The notes below the pieces were generated by a model that was given only the letters and a program-made list of their open reading frames with translations, searched no databases and was not told the origin of the DNA. Below, piece after piece: positions 26,542 through 39,016 of a DNA stretch of 64,000 nt. The first letter of the stretch is position 1. Each line of letters opens with the position of its first letter. A program made the position numbers and the translations under genes. Origin of the DNA: Rhodosorus marinus CCMP1338 (Eukaryota > Plantae > Rhodophyta); the NCBI GenBank assembly GCA_029953675.1, contig JAMWBK010000003.1, positions 3,100,001-3,164,000 on the forward strand, given 5' to 3'.

Positions 26542-29500
26542 CTTGGGTGCTCCGAATCCCAAAATAGCCAACCAGATCCCAGCGAGTGCAATGAAGAACA
26601 ATTCTCGTCTCGTAAGTGCGGGCGAATACGCGAGTTCCTCTCCGTCTTTAGCGGAATCCTCTGCCGACGAGACATAGCTCGCACCCGAGCTTGTAGGAAC
26701 CGCTGAGCTTGCTGGAGGAGCCGAGGAGGTTGTGGAACGCTCTGGAGGTTCAGCAAAAGGAGTTGATTGAGTCTTGGACCGCGTAGGCGGGCTTGGAGAT
26801 CGCGCTGGCGAAGTCGAATAACCCGCTCTCTGGGTCCCGTACTCGCTTGCCGAAGATCCCGAGGCCGTATCCGGTCTCGAGGACCTGTAGCCAGGAGCTG
26901 GGGTTGCGGAAGCAGGCCTTGAGGCCCCATAGCCATCCGCTGATTTAGCAGGGCCTGACCACGCTGCGCTGGAACCCGCACTTGATGGGGCAGAAGTTGC
27001 CGGTGGGGCCGGGTTGCTTGGCCTTTGGGTGGCAGATTCTGTCGACGAGTTTTCGTATGCGCCCCTTGACGTCCCGGAACCCACTGAGGGGATTTCATAC
27101 CCCGCTGGCACTGTGCCGTTACCCGCTGCTGAGGTACTGTATCCCGCTCGCGAATTCCCGTATCCCGCCGTTTGCGTCCCGTACCCCGTTTGCGACGATC
27201 CATAACCAGAACTAGCCGGCGCAGAGCTCGCTGGGGCGGAACCGACTGGCCTAGGAGTCTCCAGTGGTGCGGTGTTCCTGATGAGCCTAATTCGTCAAGC
27301 GAAGCAGATGAAGAATCAGTCGAAACAGGAAGACAAAACGGCGGTTTCAACTGCGGCTTACCATTCCGCTTCTTCACCGTTCACACGTGGGAGAATTCTC
27401 TCCCGAACATCGCGGTGGTACTTGTTGATCCAACCAATTTCTGCTGGGGTCAGCATCTTAACGTCAATCATCTTCCTCTGAAAAGGTGCGTGAGTGAGCC
27501 TCGAGAATCCAAAGTATCTCTTGTCGTTGAATTTGTTTGCGGTGTCCGCCTCCTTCACTATGAGCAAGTTTTCGATCCGGATTCCAAATTTTCCGTCCTC
27601 GTAATACCCAGGTTCGTTGGAAACAATCATTCCAGGGACCAGCCCGGTCGTGTTAGGTCGGGGGGAGATTCCGTGAGGTCCCTCGTGCACGTTCAGACAG
27701 GCTCCCACTCCTACAGCAATGGCGGTCTGTCAGAATTCCAGCCAGTGTCTCACTCAAATTCTATGTAGACGGACTTAAATCGTACCATGTCCGGTTCCAT
27801 GTCTATAGTCTAGACCAACCTCCCATAGTGGCATGCGTGCTAAAGGATCTAGCATGTTCCCTGTTGTTCCCTCTGGGAAGACAGCGTTATCAATGGCAAT
27901 GTGGCCTTTCAAAACCCTAGTAAAGGACTCAACCTCCTGTCTTGTCGGTGTCCCTAAGTGAATAGTCCTAGTGACGTCAGTTGTTCCGTCCGCATACTGA
28001 CCACCGGAATCTAGCAGGAACAGCTGATTCGTGGTGACATCTCCGCAGGTAGCCGGCACCGCTCGATAGTGGATAATTGCTCCGTTCGCGCCAGAGCCCG
28101 CAATCGCTGGAAAGGATTCTCCCAGAAAGTCTTTCTGCTGACTGCGAAAGCGCTTCAACGTTTTCGCAACCTAGTCACACACATCACCAGCCCGACGTAA
28201 AGGTTCAACTCTCAGCGCCTCAACCAGAATGGACATAATTTAAAGACTCAAGTCAGCTCAGCTCCCCCAACTTACCTGCACTTCGGATATGCTCCTTCGT
28301 GAGACGATCTCCTTCTCAAGCCAAGCGAAGAAATTGCACAAAGCAGCGCCGTCCTAGTGCATAACCCAAACAACATCTCGTGAACCCTGAGAGCCGACAT
28401 TCACATGGTTCTCATCGGCAACCTACCTTGTAGTGGGCATTCAGCATTCCCTGGGCTTCTTGGACGTTCTTGACGGCCTTCATGAGAGGAATTGGAGTAA
28501 CCTTCACCACCGCTCGGTCTCTCTGATTCGCCGCAGTATGCATCGCGGCAGACGTAGATGCAGGGTCCAACCAGAATTTCTTTCCACAAGCTGCCAATTT
28601 GACGACTGCGTCCCTCGCGTTCTCATAGCTGTCCGTGCGCACACCAGCTTTCTTCAGATACGACCTCACCGATTCACGTACCTTTTCATTTTCACGACAA
28701 ATCCCAAAGAACTGCTCTTTAGAGTACTGCAGAATACTGAAGTTTTACCTTTCCAAGGACCAGCTTACCTTCTTCTGGTCAACAAAGAGGGTGACTGTGT
28801 CTTTCTGCACAATAACATATGATAAGACGACTGGACAGCACGGGATGTCATCGCCTCGAATGTTCAGTAACCAAGCGACCTTGAAGAAGAATATGGGAAG
28901 TCCAGGAAAGATATGCGTGAGCCCGTGAATCTTGCATTTTCCAAAGTAAGTCGTTGAGACTTTCACGTATGGTTACCTCATCCAACATTGAAACTAACAT
29001 GCAATCCACATCTTCTGTCTTCATCTGCTCACGAATCTTCTCCAGCTTCTCAGCCGCACTTGTTCCCGCGTATTCTATTGGGTGGATCCTGATGGGGGCA
29101 TTTGGATAGCCTGGTCTGCTTCGCCAAATCACATCAATCTGCAGCGCAAGCACGAAAGGTAAAGGAGTGCTTCAGGAATCAGATCGGCAGGACAAGGAGA
29201 CAAAATGTTGAAGTTAAAGCTCACTGGGTTCTCCTCGAGAAAGATTAGTTTCTTATTGGCCTTCTCAAGAGCCTCTCGAAGCGTCCCCGTGTTGCTGATT
29301 GAATGGACGTAGGGGTCTATTCCGACAGAACCTTTGGCTTTCACGTTTTCCGCAAGCCATTCCTCGATTGAAGGTACTCCAGGGGTACCAGCTAGGTGGA
29401 GAACAACGAGGTTTGCGATGATCAGAAAACCATCGTACTTGAAATCGCGGTTCGTTCTCGTCAGACATACCTTTCATTAGTTCCCACGCGGGGCTCAACT

Positions 29501-29974
29501 GCTCCTCGGCCTGAAGAAAGTATCTTCCATCGGTCCACAGCAAAGCCTTCTTCAAAGTAATAACAACAGTTCCGGCACTACCATCGAATCCAGAAACATA
29601 GGTTCGACGGTTGAAACAATCGCTCGCGTACTCGCTGTTGTGCGGATCTGGAGATGGAACTATGAATGCGTCGATCTGCTCACAAGCATGGATACTAGTT
29701 CTTCAGCAAAAAGCTAGAGCATGAACACAAGTATGGCTTCTTTTCTGCTTACCTTTTCGGAAACCATCTGCTGTCGCAGTCTTTTAAGAATGTCCTTCCT
29801 CAAATCTACCTCGCTTGGGCTAACTGCACTCATCTTGATCTTCGTCCCATGTCCTCTGCTTATTCTGCCCTGCCGCGAGCTTGTCAGATGCCATGTCCTG
29901 CCATTGAGAGACCCAATCCGACACCCTCCAGACTTGCGTACCAGACCCGACCCAAGCCCTACAAAAGCGGTCAT
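26542..29974 (-). CDS. Xaa-Pro aminopeptidase (aminopeptidase P, M24B) with transit peptide and long C-terminal extension; true 3' end unresolved
   Basis: MTAFVGLG... presequence, DAFIVPSPDPHNSEY, ALLWTDGRYFLQA, AWLLNIRG.D, SFPAIAGSGANGAIIHY, LLDSGGQYADGTTDVTRT, HGTGHG, HEGP, SNEPGYYEDGKFGIRIEN. The last conserved helix (W|LIRNTAPL) needs the 27287-27361 intron. Confidence 0.92.
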
Positions 29975-30279
29975 CTTGCTCCAAGTCCTCTGTGTTTCTA
30001 TGTTCTAATCATACTCTTCAGTAGCGTCATGTACACGCTGCTTGCAGCCAACTACCACGCTACGCACTTTTCACTCCCGCTACTCCCCCTAACCTCTCGA
30101 AGTGGGTCTTCCTCACGCAGTTCAACGAGCTCAGAAGCAAAAATGCCGAATCTGCGGATCTCCGTAAAGCCCTAAAAACTGGAAAATCAAGGGATCTCCT
30201 TCAACGATCCACATGGGATTTTGAAAACTGGTTTCCCGCCAACGACTTGGTGTGGTTCAATTCGTCATAAAAAGGAACA

Positions 30280-30368
30280 AGGACACGTGCATTATTTTCA
30301 TTCATTTAACTTCCAGTCATGACGCGTGCACATTTATGATTTGCTAATATCTTGACAAGACACGTGGA
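30280..30368. promoter_or_regulatory. Cluster of G-box/ABRE-like motifs upstream of aminopeptidase P
   Basis: gacacgtgc (~30282), gacgcgtgc (~30321) and gacacgtgg (~30359) lie within 90 bp in the divergent intergenic region. Confidence 0.35.
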
Positions 30369-32157
30369 GACCAATTATTCATTGAATATTGGGGTTTACG
30401 TATCTTTAAGCCACTTTGTCTTTGTTTTGGGTAGGATCCCAAACTGAGTTCGTAGAAGACCTGAAGTAGTGTAGCGCAGAACGCGCCTTTTGAAAATCCA
30501 CGGCATGGGGAGCAAGAGGGCAGAATACTGGTCTAGAACGAGGGCAGTAGTATACTAAAACTAAGGAACGAAAAATCGTAGAATAGGCACGAATAAAGCT
30601 ACAAATTATTAAACAAGCAAGCGGCCTCGCTTGCTATATTTAAGGGCCTAGGACCTGTAGCAGAGGAGTCCCAAAACTGGAGGGACTGGGACGTGCCAGA
30701 TGTCGAATTCTCGTGCGGGTCGTAATAATATTTATTGGAAAAAAAGAAGATCGAAAACGGGACAGTACCCGGAAACTGAAGGTCAAAAATCCAAATATTG
30801 AACATATCCGGTTTGGATACCCTAATATTCCTACCCCTATTCTTATTCGTTCTCCGTTCTCAAATAGTCTATGATTTAATTGAAGCAAACAAACCGAGAT
30901 GAGACGTATTCTGTTGCTCGTCGACCAGAAGCCATTTCGCTTCTTTTTTTTAGATCGTTTTCGACCACGTTGTTCGGCCTGAAAGTCCTCTAGTCAAGAA
31001 CGGTTGTTGGCATACCCAATATTAATGTCCCTTTTCAACATGTTTAATAACCATTTGCACCTGAAAATGATTGGAGACCAATCGTTTTTATGGTTGAGGG
31101 AACCACTTGCGTGTATCCATCATCTGGTACGGAAAGATATTTGACACTCCAAAATGCAGTCGACTATGATGGCTTTTCAGAAAAAATCTCATACACATCC
31201 TACCTAGTTTCCAACCTCGGCCGATACACGATACGCTGAGACACAACAGAAATGGAACCGTCGATGAGCAGATTATATTTTTGAAAAATACGTTCAAGTT
31301 CCTCTTCGGGATGTCCCCGGAAACCCCGTGCGAGTCAATTACGTGCGGGGTTCTAGAATATTTCCAATTTAAGAATTTATTTCTAGTTTATTCTGAACAA
31401 ACTAAAAAAGTCGTATTGCATTCTTGAACAACCGAATAATTACTCCAAGTTATAGACTGCCGCAGAAAACGTTGAGATAAAGATTGGTTTGGTGGCATGA
31501 TTTATCCACATGAATGACAGGGCCGGATGACAAGCCTAGAAGCTTTAACCCGATCAATCAAAAAAAGGAAAAATTGCAATTCCAAGGAGACTACAAGACA
31601 TGTGCGTTCATGATTGGCCGCAAAAACAAGAATACGTGACCAAATAGAAAAGGCTTAAAAATCACGAAAATCAGATACCCAAATTTTGTCCATTCGTAGC
31701 GAGAGATGAGACTACAGGGAATTATCTGTAATTACAAAAGAAAAAAAGAGCAAAGCTTGAGTTTCGTGGTGAAAGATCAGGAATCTGCTTGCTGAATAAT
31801 AAAAGAAAAAAATGAACATCTGGACGCACGAAAAATAAGAGGAAACAAATTGGAATGGTCTGGATTCTCAAGGGATCATTTTTTATTTGAAATATTGTTG
31901 GGTAAAAGTGAGCAGTTGACAGGTGACATCCGTTTGTTACCATCACTTGCAAATATCTCTCTGAGCATAAACCCCCCCCCAAACCCCGCGCTACATATAC
32001 CACGTATATATAGGGATTTCAGCAAAGTTTTGGCTTACAACCGAGGTGGATCGGTCTGAGAGGTCTTGCGAGTGTTGAGAATGATCACTGGAGGTCGTAA
32101 GAGATACTGGAATTAAGTTTTTGGTGGAGGTTAATGAGAATTGGACATTATAGAAGG

Positions 32158-33269
32158 ATGGCATTCCTTGCGCCAAACGCAGTACATACTCAATTTGGGA
32201 AGAGCACAAATGGGCTTGTGCAGAAGAGGTTGGGGGGGAAAAACTGCGTTTTGATGAGGCAGAATCCGTACGGAATCTTCTTCAGGAATTTGACGGACTT
32301 TGCAAAAGGCAGCGCGGTCAAGATGTCGATGCAAGTGGTAGGTGCTAGCTGTCTCCGGCTCAGTTGGGCGTGTGCTCATCACTAGTCTTTGTGTCGGTTT
32401 TTATCGGATCAGGCTGACAAACACGCGGTGTTAGGGAACCCAATGGAAGCTGACTTCGCCTCTCAAGGTCTTGCGACGGCTCTCGTTGGACTAGGTTGTT
32501 TCTGGGGAGCTGAGAGAAAATTCTGGGAGATGAAAGGTGTTTACTCGACTGCGGTTGGATACTCGTAAGCTAGGACTTTATTGTGAGACATGGTTCTCTC
32601 CCCTGCATGTGAAACTCACAGCGTTGTCCCTCTCTATTTTTTTTGCAGGGGTGGTTCTAATGCACAGCCATCGTACAAGGCGGTGTGCTCCGGCACAACT
32701 GGACATGCTGAAGTTGTACGAATCATTTACGACCCCTCAATCGTCAGCTTTGGCGAAATTTTGGATACATTCTGGGACAGTCATGACCCGACTACTGTAA
32801 GTCTCCCGACAAGGAATCTAACACTCCTCATCTCATGTTCCGGAGCCCTTTGTGGACTTACCTAGCGCTTGCTCGGTAATGTCCCTCGACCTAACTTTGC
32901 AGTTGAATCGACAAGGGAACGATGTCGGAAGTCAGTACAGGTCTGTAGTATATTATTCCACTCCAGAAGAGAAGGCTGCTATCGAGGACTCTCGGGATCG
33001 TTTCACCGAAGTACTCCAGGCCAACGGATATGGACCGGTTGTCACGGAAATCAGCGAAATGCCTACGTTTTATTTTGCTGAGGACTACGTAAGTAATTTG
33101 CAGTCAAGATCCGTATGTTCCGAATGAGCAGGGTTAATGACTAGTCGTTGTGAATGCATTCTCCTATCCCCAGCATCAGCAATACTTGCACAAAAACCCT
33201 TGGGGGTACTGCGGACTCGGCGGCACTGGATTGTACCCACTCGTGAAGGAAGCGGCCGCCGCACGCTAA
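32158..33269 (+). CDS. msrA: Peptide methionine sulfoxide reductase A, copy 1, plastid-type presequence
   Basis: GCFWGAE, AVGYS|[22 protein letters not shown]|[21 protein letters not shown]|[13 protein letters not shown]. An alternative ATG lies at 32134. Confidence 0.93.
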
Positions 33270-33339
33270 TTTCCACGAGCCACGATAGAAACTAACCAAC
33301 CGGGATTAAGTGTTCTGCGCGTAGATACCAAATTTTGTG

Positions 33340-34150
33340 GAATATTGTTCTTGGTATTATAGACGAAAGAATCGAAAATATGGAGACAGGAAATACTGCA
33401 AATACACTGCACATGCTCTCCAGGTAGCAGAGTAGGATGTTGTTGGTAAGGGAAAGGTTTCGGCCTTTCGAGGAGTGTGTTTCCTACCTCGAAACCATGA
33501 GGAATCCCAGTTTACGAGTACATACGATAGTGAGAAAAGTACTACTAAACATACTCAGGACAGACGGAAAAGTGAAGCCCAATGAGAAAAAAAACCTGTG
33601 CCACCCTCGGGATAGTAAAGCAACTATCTCGACGCCGCACGCTCAATCGCAAAATTCAAAACTGCAGCGCCCGATTTCCAGATGCGTTTCTCAATGCTAC
33701 GTAAATACCGCTTAGCTGTTCCTCCATAGAATGATCGATACCGCCAGCGTACGGACGTGTAAGGGCACCGATCCCTAGATGGCAGTTACCGAAACAGTCT
33801 GCGCTCGAATTTACCTTGTGGACAGGTCTTGGCGGAGGTCTTGGAGCACTTTGGACCGGTCTCTCTCGAATCTTCCCCCTACATCAGTAGTTGGTTTGCG
33901 CGATTCGAAAAATACCGCCAGGGCATTAATCAGGATGTACATGTTTTGATCGGAACTTAAAAAAACCAGCCAAGCAAAACCCGTACCCAAATATGCATAA
34001 TCCAACAAACACCCTAACCCCTCTCCTGCTCCCACCACAGAGTCCCATACCAAGGAGAACAGATTCAGAGGGCTATGAAACGCCCAAGACGAATTGTCTC
34101 TATCAAAAAGGAAATCACTTCTTGATTCTCACACGCTGCCGTTTGTCATT
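33340..34150 (-). CDS. Possible small multi-exon hypothetical gene between the MsrA copies
   Basis: Splice-compatible segments RFERDRSKVLQDLRQDLSTR|(gtaaat...ctag)|DRCPYTSVRWRYRSF. No family recognised; boundaries approximate. Confidence 0.25.
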
Positions 34151-34701
34151 ACTTCGAAAATTCTTCAATGGAAACAAGTTCAAAAAACCAAAAACGCCTC
34201 TCAAGTCAAAAAAATAAATTTTCATCTACCCTTTGCCTCGACCAACCACAACACCCCCTCGACGCCCAAAAACCCCAAAAATACCTCTAAAAAACCGAAT
34301 ACCTCCAAATACCCCCAAATAACCTCCTTTTGACCAACTCCCATTATCACCTTCAATTGAAATCCTATCAATTACGCAAAATCTTATGAGTTACAATGTA
34401 AATCTCATTCAGTCAATTCCATCCGTTAATCAAAATTTTGAATTGCTGCTAAAATTCCGTATCGATTTGAGGAGATATGAAATCTTTGGAAGACAACACG
34501 AATTTTTTTTCACTTTGAAAATGGGGAATGTACGGAAATGGACTTTGCGATGGGTAGAAAAGGAAGGGGATGTGTGAGTTGGATGGTTGGGTGGCGGGGT
34601 GGGGGGGAGCAGGAAGGAAGGGGGATGGGTTGTGTTGATGTCTTGGCAATTAGGGAGTTAAGTAAGATCTGAAGTTATTGAATTTTGTTGAGCAAAAAAG
34701 G

Positions 34702-35918
34702 ATGGCTGGATTTGTACCTGTTTTTCAATGGAATCCGGAGGTGGTTTCGAAGTGTGCTAAGACAGAGCGTCGGGATGTTAGCTTGAACGTAGCTATGGGA
34801 TATGGGAACCGTAATATGGATGCGTTCAGAGAGCTAGCCGGGGATATTTTGTCGAATATGAACATTGAGAAACCGGAAGTGAGTGAAAGTGATGCGAAAG
34901 TTGACTCCTTGGATTACAAGAAGAAGGTGGAGGGCATGCTGCAGAGGATTGAATGGGAAAAGAGGGCAACCAGAATTCAAGTGGTGAGCTGTCTTTTAAT
35001 CGGTCGTAGATCAAAACGCCTTGCACCGCAGATGCCGTGGCTGAATTCTTGAATTACCTCATCCTTCTTTATCTAGGCTGAAACTCATGTTGTACTAAAC
35101 ACCCCAATGGATGCCGATTTTGAGGCAATGGGATACGAGGTACTTGCAACCCCTAGCCTTGAACTTGGTCATCCTCCGGCATGATAGTGTCTAACCTGCT
35201 TATCTTTAACTATTCAAACGACCTCTAGGTCGCACTTTTCGGCATGGGATGTTTCTGGGGGCCTGAGAGGCTGTTTTGGGAGGCTGATGGAGTTTTCTCA
35301 ACTGCTGTTGGTTACGCGTACGAGAACAGACCCTCACCATTGTCCTCGGCTCAAGGTGGCACTTTTTTCTGACATGTTAGCTTTCCCTAATGCAATCTTT
35401 TCTTCAACCCCGTTCAGTGGAGGGCCACTAGTGAATCCCACATACAGGGAAGTTTGTGCTGGTGATACAGGACATGCTGAAGTTGTTCGAGTTGTGTACG
35501 ATCCGGCGAAGACTAGCTACCTTGAACTCCTTCACAAGTTCTGGGGCAATCATACGACGACCACGCCAAACCGCCAAGGAGCTGATGTGGGCACTCAATA
35601 CCGCTCGGTTGCGTACTTCTTTAACGAAGAGCAAGAGAAGGCATTGTTAGCAACTAGATCGCAGTATCAGAAGCAGCTAAGTGAGCAGGAGCTGGGAGAC
35701 ATCAGTACTGAGATTAGACCGGCGCCCGCCTTTTACTTTGCCGAGGATTACGTAAGCGGCACATGATTCTTCGCCTGGCCAACGAGTCTCTCTTGTTCTG
35801 AACTTTCCTTCCTCGCTTTTATGGACTTCAGCATCAGCAATATTTGGAGAAGAACCCATGGGCTACATGCAACCCAGTTGGACCAGGAGTCTACCAACCC
35901 ATGGAGAACTACCTGTAA
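34702..35918 (+). CDS. msrA: Peptide methionine sulfoxide reductase A, copy 2, plastid-type presequence
   Basis: [14 protein letters not shown]|[38 protein letters not shown]|[13 protein letters not shown]. Stop at 35916-35918. Confidence 0.93.
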
Positions 35919-36957
35919 CAAGCCACTTGAAGGCCATATCGTACAGCTCATGGTATTTGGGAATAGTTGTCTTCGCTTTGCATATCGGGGGATATGCGAA
36001 GAGGTTGAGCTTGCCGAGATATTGGGTTAGGCAGGCTAGGGAACGCAACAAACAAACTGACAAGTTCGGGAACAAACGTGATCGATAGTTTCACCCACGC
36101 GTTGAGGGACAATCAAAAGGCATGGATCATCATATCTTCTTGAGTTAGGAGAGGGCAGCTTGCTTGTCAGCTCAAAACAATCTCCATTTGAAGACTCTTA
36201 AGGTCTCCCGGCATTCTACTCCAGAGCATGTTACGAGAACCAACACACGTCACTAGTTACAGGCAGTCCAATACGCTCTTCCATAGCACGCATGCAGCGT
36301 TCCGGGTCCAGGCTGACTCTCCTCCGCTCTGTATCAACCCTCAGCTGCCAGTGACATTATCGTAAACTGTTCGGGGACTGACGAACAGAATGATTACCCT
36401 TTTAGTGAAAACTTGTCCATTGAGGTTATTCGCAGCAGTAAGTAGAGCAGAGTCCCAATGCAAAAGTTGGACAACTGAATCCAAAGTCAATACGTTCTGT
36501 CAGTCACCATATCGGCCGCTTCAGTATCATCATTAGGACACAGGTTGCTTAGCCCTGAGGACCTTTTGACTTTCCTGCCTTGGCGTGGAACCCCACTCTA
36601 AGGTTTCTGACGTCAGATGCAGAGACGATTGGACAATAAGATATTGGATCCCACACTGTATTGCTCTCTAATGAGGACTCCAGGGCTTTGCAGAAAACTA
36701 AATCTTCCTCAGAGCGTAGTCAAGAGAGAGCCTGCCAACAATAGAGTGACAGAACAACAACGACCCTATTCCAGATTTAGACTATAATTCTTAATTATGA
36801 AACTATTTTGAAATATATTTCATAAAATGATAATTTCTGTGTTTTTTACTAGATGTGAAAAATGTTCCTAAAAATGAAATCGGGTCTTGAAAAGAGTTAC
36901 TGTCAAAAGGGAAGGCGATTGGGACCAGCTTTAGGCTTGGGGGGAAGCGGTTGGATC

Positions 36958-38990
36958 ATGCATTTTGGCGAAATGCAAGTGAAATCCTGGATTTTTGGAT
37001 CCTGGTTTCTTTTTGTTTTGAATATATGGTCTGTAGGTGCGCATGTGTGCAATGTGGATGGAACTGGAAGGCTACATCGATTGGTTCGGAGCACCCCTCC
37101 AGCCGAATGTCGACTGGCTGAGGGCGTCGACCTTGGGTCATATCCTTTTGAGAGGTTCGAGCCAGGTAAAAGCCCCAAGATTGACCGGATTGTGAACGCT
37201 ACGCGTCATGCTTGGAACGGATACGCGCAGTACGCTTGGGGCTACGATGAGCTTGCTCCACTGTCGAAATCCGGAGTAAATACCTTCAACGGTATCGCCG
37301 TGACGATTATTGATGGCATCGATACGCTCTACATGATGGGACTCGAAGATGAATACAATCAAGCTCGGGACTACATTCTCCACCACTTTTATCCAGAAGA
37401 AATTGGTCTGGTCAGCGTTTTCGAAACTACAATCCGCATCCTGGGAGGACTGTTGTCCATCTATCACCTCACAGGGGATGAAGAATTCCTGGACGTCGCT
37501 GAGAACGTTGGAATGAGACTTGGCGTTGCTTTCAATTCTCCCTCGGGACTTCCATTCCCTCAATGTACTCTCTCAGCACCTTATTGTACAACAGTGGCCT
37601 TTCATGGATTCTCAGTGGTCTTAGCAGAAGCTGGAACCCTTCAGCTCGAGTTTCGAGCACTTGGTGAGGGATTATTCGCCTTCCGCGAATGAAGAGAACA
37701 TTGCGGAAACGCAGGGAAGACACTGAGCACTCAACTTTCCTGTTTCTAGCCTACCATGCGAGGTCTGCGGCTGTCAGAGGACTCCGAAAGAAAGCAGAAG
37801 CGGCAATTGACGTCCTTCTCAGCTCAAGTCCGCTTGATTCACCTGGACTGCTACCGTCCATGATCGATATCCGCACAGGAGCTCGTGCCGCAACGAGCAA
37901 GACTTTTGGAGCTGGAGCGGATTCATACTATGAGTACATCGTGAAGATGTGGATTCAGGTAAAACCTCTACGTTTTCCACAAGACCCTCCTTTGAAAGCC
38001 GTGACCTCAACAGTGCCAGCTCTGGGCTGTCCGCAGGGAGGGAAGAAGGAGGACAAGTACAAAGAAATCTTCAGAAGTTGGATGCAAGACCTCCGAAGAG
38101 TCGTGCTGGAAATCGACGATGACATGTATTTCGTTCAGATGCTTAGCGCGGACAGGCTCACACCCAGAATGGACCACTACACCTGCTTTCTGCCAGGCGC
38201 GATCTACCTCGGAATTGAAGCCGCGGTCAGCGAGGCTGAGCGACACACCTGGCAGTCAATAGCCGAACGCATCACTAGAACGTGCATGGAATCGTACAGG
38301 AAAACCCGAGTGGGCTTGTCAGGTATGTAACCGCAGACGCGAAGGTTGCTAGCATTCTATAACCAGTCCACACGGGGTAAACAGTGGGAGTCGAATACAG
38401 TTGCATTGGACAGACCACCGAAGGACAAACTCCAGAGCCTGATTTGAGGGACCCGGACATGCTTCCGCCCACAGCTCTCGGCAATGAACGATTTCGTTTC
38501 AGCAGATAATCTGCCTCGCCAACATTGTGATCGCCCCACATCCGGCTTGTAGAACTGACTATTGAGGACTAGTAGGATGTAATAATCCTATCTAACCGCT
38601 CATCTTTTCAATATCTCAGGGGACGACTTAAGACTTTTGAACGGCGCCTTGCGAGTGTTCGGAGGTCACCACTTGCGTCCGGAAGTACTGGAAGCGATCT
38701 TCTACATGTGGCGCTGGACGAGGGATCCGATGTACCGAGACTGGGCGTGGGAAATATTTGAAAGAACGGAGCGAGTGTGTAAAAGTGAGGTTGGGTACAC
38801 CCCCGTCGCCAATGTGAATTCGTCGCGGCCTAAGTACCTCGATGTTATGCATAGTTTCTTTTTATCTGAGAGCTTGAAGTATATGCACTTGATATTTTCT
38901 GAAGACCGAGTGCTTCCGTTGGATAAGTACGTGCTGAATACGGAAGCGCATCCTCTGCTGATTATGCCAAATATTGGAGAGGTCGAATAA
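36958..38990 (+). CDS. Class I alpha-1,2-mannosidase (GH47)
   Basis: Signal/anchor segment, HAWNGYAQYAWGYDEL.P, TIIDGIDTLYMMGL, SVFETTIRILGGLLS, LAEAGTLQLEF, GADSYYEYIVK, HLRPEVLEAIFY, SFFLSESLKY, LNTEAHP. Start is 36958 or 36973. Confidence 0.95.
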
Positions 38991-39016
38991 ACAGCAGAGG
39001 CACCGCATGCACAAAG

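Noticed and set aside
26538-27377. 279-aa R/Q-rich ORF as an independent gene
   Set aside because: It is an alternative frame over the aminopeptidase intron and extension, with no family signal.
36050-36760. Possible small spliced minus-strand gene (LRVDTERRRVSLDPERCMRAMEERIGLP)
   Set aside because: I could not assemble a complete start-to-stop model or recognise a family.
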